From contig JYFJ02003347.1 in the NCBI GenBank assembly GCA_000934665.2, positions 1-43,643 on the forward strand: DNA of 43,643 nucleotides, given 5' to 3'. Origin of the DNA: Catajapyx aquilonaris (taxonomy: Eukaryota). The notes beneath the pieces are model-generated. The model was not told the DNA's origin and did not search any database. It worked only from the letters and a program-made list of their open reading frames with translations. Position numbers and translations under genes: made by a program. Shown here one piece after another: positions 24,321 to 35,425 of the stretch (position 1 is the first letter of the stretch; each line of letters opens with the position of its first letter).

Positions 24321-26199
24321 CTATTACACCCAGTCAACAATGGTGTAAGTCCATGATTCTGTAGGATCATTATGGTGAAAGTCACATATGATTTTTATCA
24401 ATAAATCAGTTTTTTTGTTACAGTAGCAATACATCTAAAAAAGACTGCCATGTAATGATTGGCAATCTGACATAATATGGATACAATACAGACATATGAT
24501 TTCCCTTTTTTCTATGACCTTTCAAACTTCCAGGCGAATTATCCCAACTTGAGCTTTTTGGACTTGGGCCACTTTGTTCTAAGAGCCTCACTTGTGACAT
24601 CATGCCATACATTAATACTTTGTGCTTCCAACATTTGCTCTAATTACTGCAGCACCGCATTGACGTGAAATTGACGAAATCAACTGGTCTACTAGAAAAG
24701 TATCAACTTCGTGGAACCAAATAAACTGGCACAATCTGCTCCTTGAGCTAGAGGAGATTCTCTGGTGGCTTCTTCATGACCAGGTCACCCATTTCCCTCC
24801 TTTATATTCTCAATTGGATTGAGATCTGGTCTTCGCCCTGGCCAGGGCAGTGTTTTGTTATGCTTCTCCTGGAGAAATTTCTTTATCTGTGATTGGTAAT
24901 AACATCATATGCCCTTAATATTTTTTTCTGAGAGACATAATGGAATGATTTAAGCTACCGTCAAATGGGGTGATGTTGGCTGGCCGGGTGAACTTGGCCC
25001 CAATTCCAAAAATGTCATTAATGAATATTTAAGGTAACATGTGTCATAAAAATGGGGCTTTCAATGACGTCATCATGCCATTACTGCAGCACAATATATT
25101 ATTTAGCATGCTGTAGACCAAAAAAAAAATCACCTGTGCCGACATAGGTGAGCAAGGAGATAAAATATGTTAAAGTCCACCACATGAAGCCATCAAATTT
25201 TCATAGTGTGCAAACTTTATTTTGCAAATCAAGAAATTGAGAACCAATGGTATTGTCCATTTTTAAGAGATGAAGGTGAACTTTTCCAGTGGTGGTAATG
25301 TTTATTACTGCTTATGAACGTCGTTCCTTAAAAACACATTAAAAATTCCTATCAGAACTCGTTTCCCACAGTGCATTTGTAATGGGAAAATTCATTGACT
25401 TCATCAAAATGGTCTCTCATGGTGCGGATAATTTTGTCATTTAGAACCTTCAAATACTTTGTGATTCATAGTTCCTGTACAGCCTACAACATTTCTGTAC
25501 AGAACCTATGAATCACATACAGTATTAAAGTGCTAGGTGGATGATTTTCTGGTGCCAAATTCAACCTGTATAAATTGCAACCTAGGACTGGCAGATCATA
25601 GTTGGAACTGTAGGTCTGGAGGTATGGCAATTCAATAGTAATTGAGTTTTCAAAGCATATTAGACGTATAATATTCTAGAATAGAAGTAAGGCACTCATG
25701 TGGGCCTGTTCAGTGTCAAAAAATGCAACATTATTTTGCTACAAATATGTAGGCCCTTATGTCACAGTATAATGTGAAACAAATATTCACTATTTTTACT
25801 TTCCCAAATCAGTGCTAGATATTTTTGTCATTTAATTCAAGGTGTAATTGACTTACCTACTAGTAAGCTGACTGTAAGCTGAAAGAAAAATGTCAAAATA
25901 CTGTACCCTCTTTACTTCTGTTTTATATTGCACATTGCTGACTGAGATATTCTAAACATTCTGCAAAGTTTTCTTATATTATCTGAGTTCACCTCCAAAC
26001 AAGCCAATTGGCTTGGGAATGGGATAATATATGGTAGCTTACATTTAATAATAATAATAAATAATTTGCCACACATTTTGACTTAGGTAAACAAGTTATA
26101 CCTAAATAAATGTAATCCAAAATATTATTGGGATGTCTTCTCATGCTTAAATAATCCCTAAATAAATTATTGTGCCGTGGATGGCCTTTATGAAGTCAG

Positions 26200-27290
26200 A
26201 AAAACTCCTGTTTTCTTATTCTTTATTCAGTAGCACCATGTGACTATTGATTGTTACAAGAGTGCAGGGCAGGATACACAAATTTCGAGAAAAAAAAACG
26301 AAAAAAGACAGCTGGCATTTGGGAATAATGGGAACATAAATTGAATGACCTTTCTGAGTCAGCATGGCTATCCTGGTCGTCCTTTTACAACAGGCACCAT
26401 CCCATAGTCTTCATAAGCCAAAGAAAGGTTCTCCATGTGGGCTCAACGACCTGGGAAAAGACAAACATCAGCAAGTGTAGTAGTTAATGTAACAGTTTCC
26501 ACACCAGATTTTGTAAATAACTGGTTAATCACTTTCTGGAGCACATCATTGTTTTCAGTGACCCATCAGCAGATATTTATTTATTTAATAATTAATTAAT
26601 TACTACAGTTGAATCCGGATATAACAGACTTCAAGGGACGACGGAAATCAGTCCGTTGTAACCAATGTCTGTTATCGCCGAATACAAAAGCCATATCTGG
26701 AAGTGTGCCGGGACCGGCCTTTCGAGTCTGTTATAAGCGAAAGTCTGTTATAGCCGAGGCTGTTATTATATCCCGATTCAACTGCAGTTAATTTCTGGTG
26801 CCTTTTGGTCACCTGTCTTTCCATCCGAGTTCATCATTTTCACTAGTGACTAACACTTGCTAACACCTTATTAATACTAATCATGTCTGAGACACATTGT
26901 TCAGTCAGACCATCTGGCTCAATACTGTCACCTTTCATGTGCAGGGAACTATTTTCTCCATTACTTCATTTATATTTCCTCGTACCTAAATTCTGCTGCC
27001 CAAATGCACCACAATAATTTATAAATATAATTGGAAGCAATGAGGAATAAGACTAGTGAGTGCTTGCCCTTGAAACATACTTCAGGCCCAAAAAAAAGTG
27101 GTGAAATATACGTGTTTTTCGATTTTAATTAATTTAAATTAAATTAAACTAAATTCATGCAAATTTATGTGTGCGCAATCATCGCTCACCTGATCTGAAT
27201 GAACGGGCAGGGAATAACACCTCCTGCAGGCTTGAATCCTCGGGATCGAACGGGGATAACCTTCGAGGTCAGTGACCGGCGGCCATCTGG
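26200..27290 (-). other. Putative two-exon small-ORF or lncRNA transcript (exon 1 about 27290..27190, exon 2 26450..about 26200)
   Basis: CAGATGGCCGCC start context at 27286, donor CAG|GTGAGC at 27190, acceptor TTTGTCTTTTCCCAG|G at 26450, AATAAA near 26222-26227, and a CpG-rich region directly upstream. Confidence 0.55.
26606..26784. mobile_element. Tigger/pogo-like MITE
   Basis: TA-CAGTTGAATCCGGATATAAC ... TATATCCCGATTCAACTG TIRs; other copies at 24162 and 38560. Confidence 0.8.
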
Positions 27291-27720
27291 AATTTCAGCC
27301 ACCGAATAGTCACTATTCGGCCCGTTCGGGGTGGGGTAAAAGTATTCGATCGAAAAGGCGCCTGGAAACGGAATTCGGGTGGCGGTGCAACACTTTTCGA
27401 ACTATTCGACTGGATTTGTTCTACTTTCCGGGCGGAAACATCTTTTCGAGAGCCGGTGCAACCCGCCAAAAGTGTAGGATTTTCTATGTCCTTCCCCGCT
27501 CAACATCTCGGATGGAGATGTACGGCATGAGACGGCGCATGAGTGGAGCTATCATTTGGTATGCATTGCATATTTTTAGTCCCAATAGGCGCCTGACAGT
27601 GACGGCGCAAAGATAGTCGGAATCCCCATAAGGCGCCATGTTAATTTCGTCTTCCCGCCTCCCTTTTGCCCTAAGTCACGTGATCCCCCCCTCGGAGATG
27701 TTTGCATCACTTTTGAGAGG
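27280..27720. promoter_or_regulatory. CpG-rich promoter-like region
   Basis: High CpG density, YY1/Pho-type GGCGGCCATCT at 27278-27288, perfect inverted repeat CCGAATAGT-C-ACTATTCGG at 27302-27320, and an E-box TCACGTGA near 27676. Confidence 0.5.
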
Positions 27721-27732
27721 GAGAGGGTGCGT

Positions 27733-28990
27733 CTACGGGTATATTATATGGTCTAATAAGATACGGGTGTGTGGATATCCTGCAAGTGATTTTACCTCAT
27801 CGTTGGGATCACAAAGCGTGTACAGGCTGTCAACATACAGCAACACATTCTTCCTCATGGTCCCCATAATCTCTGACTTGCTCATGGGCTTATTTTTGGC
27901 CTTTTGTTCCTCATCGCCCTTATCCTTGACCTTTCGTTCCTCATCACCCTTCTTCTTGCCACGTTCCCCCACTTCCGCTTCTTCATCAGATGAGGACGAG
28001 TCGTCATCCAGGCTGATAACTATCTCCTTGCATGGCTTATTGGTAGGGTTAGGGGTCGGGGCCAGGTTCCGGCTGATGTCTTCTGGCTCATCCTTTTGTT
28101 CAATCGGAGGCCGCCTCCTGCGCCACTTTGCCATGGTATTCTGCTGGACCTCTTCTGGTGTGGGGGCAGGTCCCTCTGGATTTGGCCAGTACCTGACATA
28201 CTCCTTCATGAGTGGATAAAACCTTGATAAAACTCATCCTTCTTCGCCTGGTTGGAATCCTTGGGCCTGGCCATGGGCCGCCTGACCGATCCCTTATTCC
28301 CATGCCACTATAAAATGGAACGTGACTATATTGCTCTCTTTGGGTGCAAAATGTGAGTTATTTACCTCCCGTTCAGCCAACGAGTTGTCCTCCTTGCTGT
28401 CCATTGTTTGGGGTCACGCATTTGACCAGGAGAGAGGCTTCCTCAGATCTACCTGCCCAGCTCCCGTCCCCTGATGCAGCCATTTTCTTATTCTCCAGTA
28501 CTCCTTCGATGTTGCCAGCTGGAAAAGGGTGGCCAACAGCAAGAAATAAGGAGTTGTTAGGAAGCGCCATAGAGCAACTCGCCCGCTGATTGGCTGGGCC
28601 CCAAAATGACGCGTCCGGCACCCGCTCCCGAGCGGCAGTTCAAATGGCGGGTGCTGGCCGCCTGGACTGAAGCCACTTTCTTGCCATTTTGGCCCTGCCG
28701 TCTCTTTGCTGAACCTGCAGTCGCTCAGCTTGCAGGCGGTTCAGGTGTTTAATCCGCGCAAATGTCCTGGTACGGCAATACATGCGGATAACTACTTTCC
28801 GATGAATAATATTGCAGGAATGCAGGATATCCTGCCTCCAAACTTTCCTGCAATGTTCTGATCACGTTGGCCTTCTGACATGTAGACTCGCCATGAAAGA
28901 AACGTATCGCTTCCCACTCTTTTACAATGTCTAGGAAATATTCAGTGGTCTCCAGAAGTTGACCTGTCCCGGGGGTTTCAGCAGGTTCTG
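27733..28990 (-). pseudogene. Decayed spliced gene beginning with a P-element/THAP9-like transposase C-terminal segment
   Basis: 28990-28640 translates (one frameshift) to GQLLETTEYFLDIVKEWEAIRFFHGESTCQKANVIRTLQESLEAGYP...VIRMYCRTRTFARIKHLN. Acceptor at 28988, GT-AG intron at about 28308-28365, then a 158-aa low-complexity ORF at 28209-27733. Confidence 0.5.
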
Positions 28991-31496
28991 AATAAGAATC
29001 TGATATAAAAATTCAATTCAAAGTGGGGGATTCAAGATGGAGTAGCTAACTTTCCTGTTTACACTGAATTCAGAGAAAATAAGTAACTGCAGTCTTTGCG
29101 TAGGACTGAATTTAGCCTATTGTTGGTTTCATTTTCAACTGATAATATTATACATCGCAGGACCAGCGATCTGTCCCCACTTGCGCGTGCGATTGTCCCG
29201 TCCCTAACGCTGGAATTGCTCATAAGTTACTTTGGATTCTATAGTATAGAGATCTATGCTAACATTAATTATTCAAAGTCGTGTGGGATGATTCTGTATG
29301 TATTTATTAAAATCCAATAAAATGTGGTTTACAGTACTGGACCCCATCTGTGTTATTAAAATGAGCCGGCCAAGGTTGAAGCGAGCTTTTATCTTCGCTG
29401 CATCACCTGAAATCAGGTCAGATCGGCGTGAATTGGTCCGTGGACTTCGTTGCATCGGTGTCAAAGTGTGGCTCCAACGTATAGGCCTATCTCCAGATAA
29501 TTAATTGTGAATAACCTTCGTACTTTAAATCTGCATTTATCTGAAGTGATATATTTCGTGCATCAAGTGGACCACCATTTTGCAATGGCCTTCGATTTTG
29601 ACGAAATTTGAGTATATTGCAGTGACCATGTATGTACTGTACGTAACCGTGTTTATTTGTACGACGTGTAATATAATTACAGTAGTACAGGGTGTCAAAT
29701 GTGACGGATTTTCACGCAATTTTTGCTGCCTACTCTCTCACTTGCAGGGTCAAAACTGTGGCGGTCATATCAAATTTGGCATTTGACATGTGCATTTGAA
29801 ACGTAATGTCATGATCTGGTCATACTCAAGCTTTTAAAAATCAAATTAAATTATTAAGCTGCCCAAATCTTTCAGGTCAGGTAATTTTAGGTCAGATCAA
29901 AGCGCAACGGAGTGGCCAATTTTATTGCAGGAATTTTATTACAAACTGTATTCCTTCCTGTAATAAAATTGCCCACTCGGTTGCGTTCGTATAGCGACGA
30001 TCTATATATACAAGTAGATGGTCATACTCAAGCTTTAAAAGCAAGATAAACATAAACAACCGCTCCAATGATTACAGCATGTCGCGGTGTATATAGGATG
30101 TCGGGCTTCCACATTCTGTGCTTATAATTTTAGTTCCATGTCTACTGCTGTATGTGCATAGATTTTTAAGCAGTTTTTAGGTAAGCCCTATTGCATAATC
30201 TTTATACCCCTTTTTTATTACAATGAGATAGTTAGCAGGGTCCCATCAGCTACACCCAAGCCCAAGCGCAAGCCCAAACAGTCTCCCTCATATATACTTC
30301 TGTTCCCTGGAGTTCTGTTCCCTGGTCTCTTCCATCGCAATGCCTTCGACGATTAAATGGAGTAATACATTACGTAATGCACCAGGCAATTGCGCATTTG
30401 TATAATTATGATTGGAGAAGGTCTTTACAATTCCTCCATAAGGGGAGAGGATCAAAATTATAAGACCTCACAAACGGGCATCATGATGTCGAAAGGTTCT
30501 TAATTTATAAGGCGATAGACTTATCGAGGCCTCCTATATAGACTTATAGAGTGTCATGCCAATGAGCATCGTCTTCTGGCAGTCCGCTTTGCAAGTTTAC
30601 TTGAAATTTTTATGCACATGACCATTAACAACTCTCAGTGTCCGACATTGGCATGACGTCGGACCTTTAATATAATTGTATGGAGTAGGCCTATAACATG
30701 CGGTGAAAGAAGCGTTCGCATTTTTGGGATGAACCGAGATACAACTGGCCCTTAGCAGCGCTGCAAAAATCGGCATTAATACGCGTATGTGCATTGAGTG
30801 TTTTAGATAGTAGTATCTGCTGGCGATGAAAACAAAAGTGACTGGTACAGTAGGCAAAACTGGTAAAAACTGTCCAAAGGTTTTATATTCTTTTTCCTGT
30901 TCTTTGAAAAGAAAGAGTCCTGCTTCCCCCCCACCCCCTAGAAAATCTCTAGGTGGCCCTGCCTGAGGCTACACTCCTCTTCCCTTCAACTGACCCTGAC
31001 GAAACTACAAGAGGCCGAATTCTCCAAGGGGGTTGGGTGAAAGGAGGGACCAGCCCACGGAGCCTTCAGTCATCCAAGCACAGTATACTATGCCTGGATG
31101 ACTCAAGCCTCCGTGGACCAGCCTACCTCTCCCGACTGGTGCCCCCATCCGGCCATAAACCAGGGCCACCTATAAACCTGAGGGGACTCCCTGCTGCACC
31201 TTATCCCCCCTTCCTGAAGAAGGTTTAACGACCCCTAGTGGGCAGGTTAGGTTGGTCCGTCACTTGATACAACCACTCCCAAAGGTTGTAAATGGGAAGG
31301 TCCTTCCTTCCGCAGGTGTTGAACATGGTGGCCGTCCTGATGCTGCATATGCACTAATATTCTGGTGCTGTCCCACATGGGCATTGTTATTGAAGTATTT
31401 CATCTTGCTACTTGCATAATATTTAGAGTCCGGATTTTTAGGCAGATGCCTATTTAGTTCCTTTGCAGTTGGGATGGCTTTTGTCTGGAGATCTAT

Positions 31497-32430
31497 TAGC
31501 CCAGGAGTTTTAGGTTTTTACCCGGACAAAAATAATGTAAAGCTGAAAATTTGCACACAGGCTCTGTTTGCCATGCTGAACAACATATCAAAAGTCCCGG
31601 ACTCTCCCCTGTCCGCGTCATGTTTTTTTTTGCTCGAGAAGTACATAAGTGACACTCTCTTTGGAATTGGCTATAAAATCTAAACTACTCGTCCGATATT
31701 TCTCGGATTCCTCTTAAAATGTTTACAATTGAATGTACAACGTGACTACCAGGTCATCATATCACCTGCAGGTCAAGGTCACCGTGAAAACGCCCGCCAA
31801 GTTTGAATTTTCTCCTTGCACTTTCGAAAACATGAAAACAATCAGTTCCGCACAGCAGAGTCGACAAAATGTGTAGGACGGAAAAGGTTTCCCCGCATTC
31901 TCACCTTTACAACGATGTCACTGGCATGTTTGTGTGATCATCTGTTAAAAAACTGTCAAAATATTTCATAGCACTCTTAGCGCGGTGCCATCGTGCTAGT
32001 CGGAGCGGTACTACACTTGGAAAAACGGTATAAAATGCTGCAAATTCTTACAGAAAGCAAGCCACCTTGCACATACGTTCCATAGACTAAGGCGATCAAT
32101 TTGATCCGAAGCACCCTGACCCTTGACCTTGTAGGGTCAAAATGGCGACCATTTTGGTAAAAATGTCAAATATTTTTTGAAAATTCCAAATTGCCTCGTC
32201 TCCATGGCAATGTTGGTGTCATTTCCGCATAATTCGAGGTCGCTAATACGATTGGTAACATGCAGGAGGTCATAAGGTCACTAGTGTGTGACTTATGTTA
32301 CTTTCAGGTTCCCAGGGATTCGTTTGTTAGGTCCTGGGGTCAGTCGCCTGCTGACTGAATTTCAGGGTACCCACAGCGAAAAGAGTCAGGGAACACGTCG
32401 TCATGAACAGTACCACTTTTGTTTACCAGT
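31497..32430 (+). mobile_element. Non-autonomous Academ-like element end with a short coding remnant
   Basis: TAG-starting end, AGGTCA/TGACC-rich subterminal DNA, and GPGVSRLLTEFQ...RHEQ at 32330-32410 (Academ-type GPEvaRL.EF...HHEQ); homologous to 34190-34234. Confidence 0.45.
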
Positions 32431-32604
32431 TCCATACAATACCCACAGTTTCCGCTTAAATCAAGAACGTTGAGTCTATGATTATTTTTTTAAATGAAAC
32501 CTCCAACACCAGCACATCAGTATCGGAGCATCGAATAACAGCACTCTTAGCTGCAATCTGCACTGAATCCTTCAAATTCAGTATTATCAAGAGCTGGTAT
32601 TATG

Positions 32605-32942
32605 TATTTATTTTATTTATTTAGTTACCCCGTTTCACGGCGGGGCCCTTTTGGGGGGACACTTCTATCGTTATAATACATTGCATCGGAAATTACAATA
32701 CATACAATTCGGTCACTCATGATACATGTATACTGGAAGATTCAGGGGAAATACCCTCAAAAGTAAATTCGCTTTCCAACATTATCAAAGAAATTCAATA
32801 GGCGATATAACACCTCTTTTGGCAAGTATTCAAAAAGTAGGTGGGTCTTATCAGGCGGGTAGACACTCAGGTCCGACACAAAGTTTACCCTGGGCGTATT
32901 TAAAAAGGGACAACTGTACAAAATGTGATGCAATGACAAGGC
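32605..32942 (-). mobile_element. 3' fragment of a non-LTR retrotransposon (LINE)
   Basis: C-terminal knuckle-like SLHHILYSCPFLNTPR...YF*, followed by a 3' UTR and (TAAA)n tail. Confidence 0.75.
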
Positions 32943-33559
32943 TGTTATGATCCCTGCCGAACGTAGGAGGACAGGGAAATGGAGAGCAAAGGAAAAGTAC
33001 GGGGTCCCATGCTCGTGGTGCAACTCACCTGAAGCCTTTGTTATTTCCCTGTCCTCCTACGTTCGACAGGGATCATAACAAAGGCTTCAGGTGAGTTGCA
33101 CAACGAGCATGTGACCTCCCTCTCGTAGGTAATTTTTGGCCACGTATGTATAAGCAAGTGGATTGATTTCTGATATTGTCGCCTTCATATGCAGTATAAT
33201 TGAGTGATCCGACTGTGATATAAAAAACTGCCAAGACCACTCGGAAAAACAGGTCGTAAAATGAACAAAAACTGATGATTAGGTACTTAACTCTCACTAG
33301 TACAATCTTGAAACTTTTTACGTCCATATGTTTCCGGAGTTCAGCTACAAACACAGTCTTGTGCAATTAAGACCACATGACATTAAAATTCGTAATTGCT
33401 GACTTGCTGTACGTATTTGTGTTACACCCCCTAACAGTGGACTTGGTCGTTTTTATCTCAGACCCCCCAATTTTTCCATCAGCGATACTTCCATCTCGAC
33501 AGACGAAGCATAGAGAAGAGAGGCTTCTTTCCTTGATGAATGAAACACGCCTCCCACTT

Positions 33560-34234
33560 TATTTGTAACAATATTCAGCACGTAAGACTTGATTTGGGCA
33601 CTGTACTGCTCGAAAGATTTGACATTTGAGTTCGGGCTTTGGCTTCACCATGTGGACCAAAGCAGAACCATCGTATCCCACTGCATCACATCTCTCTGGC
33701 TGTTGGGATAACAGTCATAACACACAGTCAAAAGCTCTCCAAAATGGGTACGGTACTAGAGGAGTCTTCGATCCTCGATGGAGATCTCCACAATTCAGGT
33801 GGAAAAATATGATTCTCATGTTTAAAAAAAGAATCCCAGTCTAGCTGTCAATGTGGGCTGACAATGAAGAGGCGCCAGAATAATATTGCAAGAGTACGTT
33901 CAGCTGCTTGCTTTGTGTCTTTTGAACAAACCTCTTCTTCATAGAGAAGATTTTGGCATTCTATTTACTGATTGGCGAATACAATCATTATTTTAGAATT
34001 TCTTTTACAAGTCTCTCTTCAACAAATTCGGGAAAATAATCCATGCCGATCATCTACCTTGTTCAAAGCAGCGTCACCCTCTTCACCCTCTACAACACGG
34101 GTATCTAGTGAAATAAGTTCTGAGCCCCTTATCCTGAAAGAATTTTTTGCTGAAGTAAAACTTCTCGAGGAAGGATCTTGGGAAAGAATGGTACTACTGT
34201 TCATGATGACGAGTTCCCTGACTCTTTTCGCCGT
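33560..34234 (-). mobile_element. Academ (XPG-type)-like transposase relic
   Basis: Frameshifted motifs in the expected order: HHEQ, ELISLDT, EFVEERL, FFKHENHIFPPEL, DGSALVHMVKP. Confidence 0.6.
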
Positions 34235-34337
34235 GGCATGATACAAGGTAAGTACATGTCAATTTTCACCAGGAACCATACCATAGGTAAAAAGTTATTG
34301 AGGAATGTTTGGGTTTCCATTCGAGAGAATCACCCTG
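34235..34337 (+). mobile_element. Solo right end of the 9855-10215 MITE family
   Basis: Near-identical to 10113-10215 and ends CACCCTG-TA. Confidence 0.85.
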
Positions 34338-34363
34338 TAGAATAAATATTACTTGCCATTATA

Positions 34364-34967
34364 CAGGGTGTATCAGAGTCACAGGTCAAGCGTGCGCGAG
34401 GGGGTGGGCAAAAATGGTAGGTGGCGACAACCCCGGTCGGTTTTATAAAACAATTAGAAATACGGCAGTAATCAATTTATTTATTACGGCCGTAAGGCGT
34501 GACGTCACATCCTTTCTGGATTCGAATCGTCCCCCGCGGACTGGCAGATTGTAGTGATTGGAAGCTGCTTGATGGGTTTTTAGCCTTTGGGGGTGCACTG
34601 AAAAAGACGCTCTCATGCTACACCCAACGGCTACACCGGCAGAGTACTGAACACACCACTGTACAGTAGTACACTACTTTGTTTAGTACCCTGCCAGTGT
34701 AGCATGAGAGCACCATGAGAGCGTCTTTTTCAGTGCACCCCCCAAGGCTAAAAACCAGTCAAGCAGCTTCAAATCACTACAATCTGCCAGTCCGCGGGGG
34801 ACGATTCGAATCCAGAAAGGACATGACGTCACGCCATACGGCCGTAATAAATATATTGACTACTGCTGTATTTCTAATTGTTTTATCAAACCGACCTGGG
34901 TTGTCGCCACCTACGATTTTTCCCCACCCCCTCACGCGCGCTTGACCCGTGACTCTGAAACACCCTG
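34364..34967. mobile_element. Tc1/mariner-type foldback MITE
   Basis: TA-CAGGGTGT.TCAGAGTCAC ... GTGACTCTGAAACACCCTG-TA; arms of about 250 bp plus a palindromic core. Confidence 0.9.
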
Positions 34968-35148
34968 TATTCCACATGCACACTTACCAATGGGAGTCCC
35001 AAGAACTGACCCAAACTAGTTCAGAGCAGCCAACCAGTCCAACGAGATCAGGGTAATTGCAAGGTAGCTCTGCTAGTCCCATGGGAACATTAATACTATC
35101 AAAACACAATGCATAAAATTTTATTCCTGATTGTAAAACACTGCAAGT

Positions 35149-35352
35149 CATTTTTCATCCAAGCCAAAAGTGAGTGGCCCAGAGTACATGATAAAATGTC
35201 ATTCTGTTTACACGATGTTATCTCTAATACTGATCAGTCCTTAGAAGGACATTTTTCATCCAAGCCAAAAGTGAGTGGCCCAGAGTACATGATAAAATGT
35301 CATTCTGTTTACACGATGCTATCTCTAATACTGATCAGTCCTTAGCAGGACA
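35149..35352. repeat. 101-bp tandem duplication in the probable UHRF1 3' UTR
   Basis: Two copies start at 35149 and 35250 with two differences; minus-strand AATAAA near 35120. Confidence 0.9.
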
Positions 35353-35425
35353 CAGTCCTTTCTGAATAAATATAATAAAGGAAGAAAAAATGAAGAACTA
35401 GTAAAAAAACTTGGAAAGCGTAGGA

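Noticed and set aside
26350..26420. SECIS-like hairpin (ATGA...AAA...GA) in exon 2 of the small transcript
   Set aside because: Spacing from ATGA to the AA and the position of the 3' GA do not fit a canonical SECIS, and it overlaps the reading frame; not claimed without SECISearch.
30985..31240. Hammerhead-like CTGACGA and CCTGAAGAAGG motifs
   Set aside because: No correctly placed GAAA or stem II.
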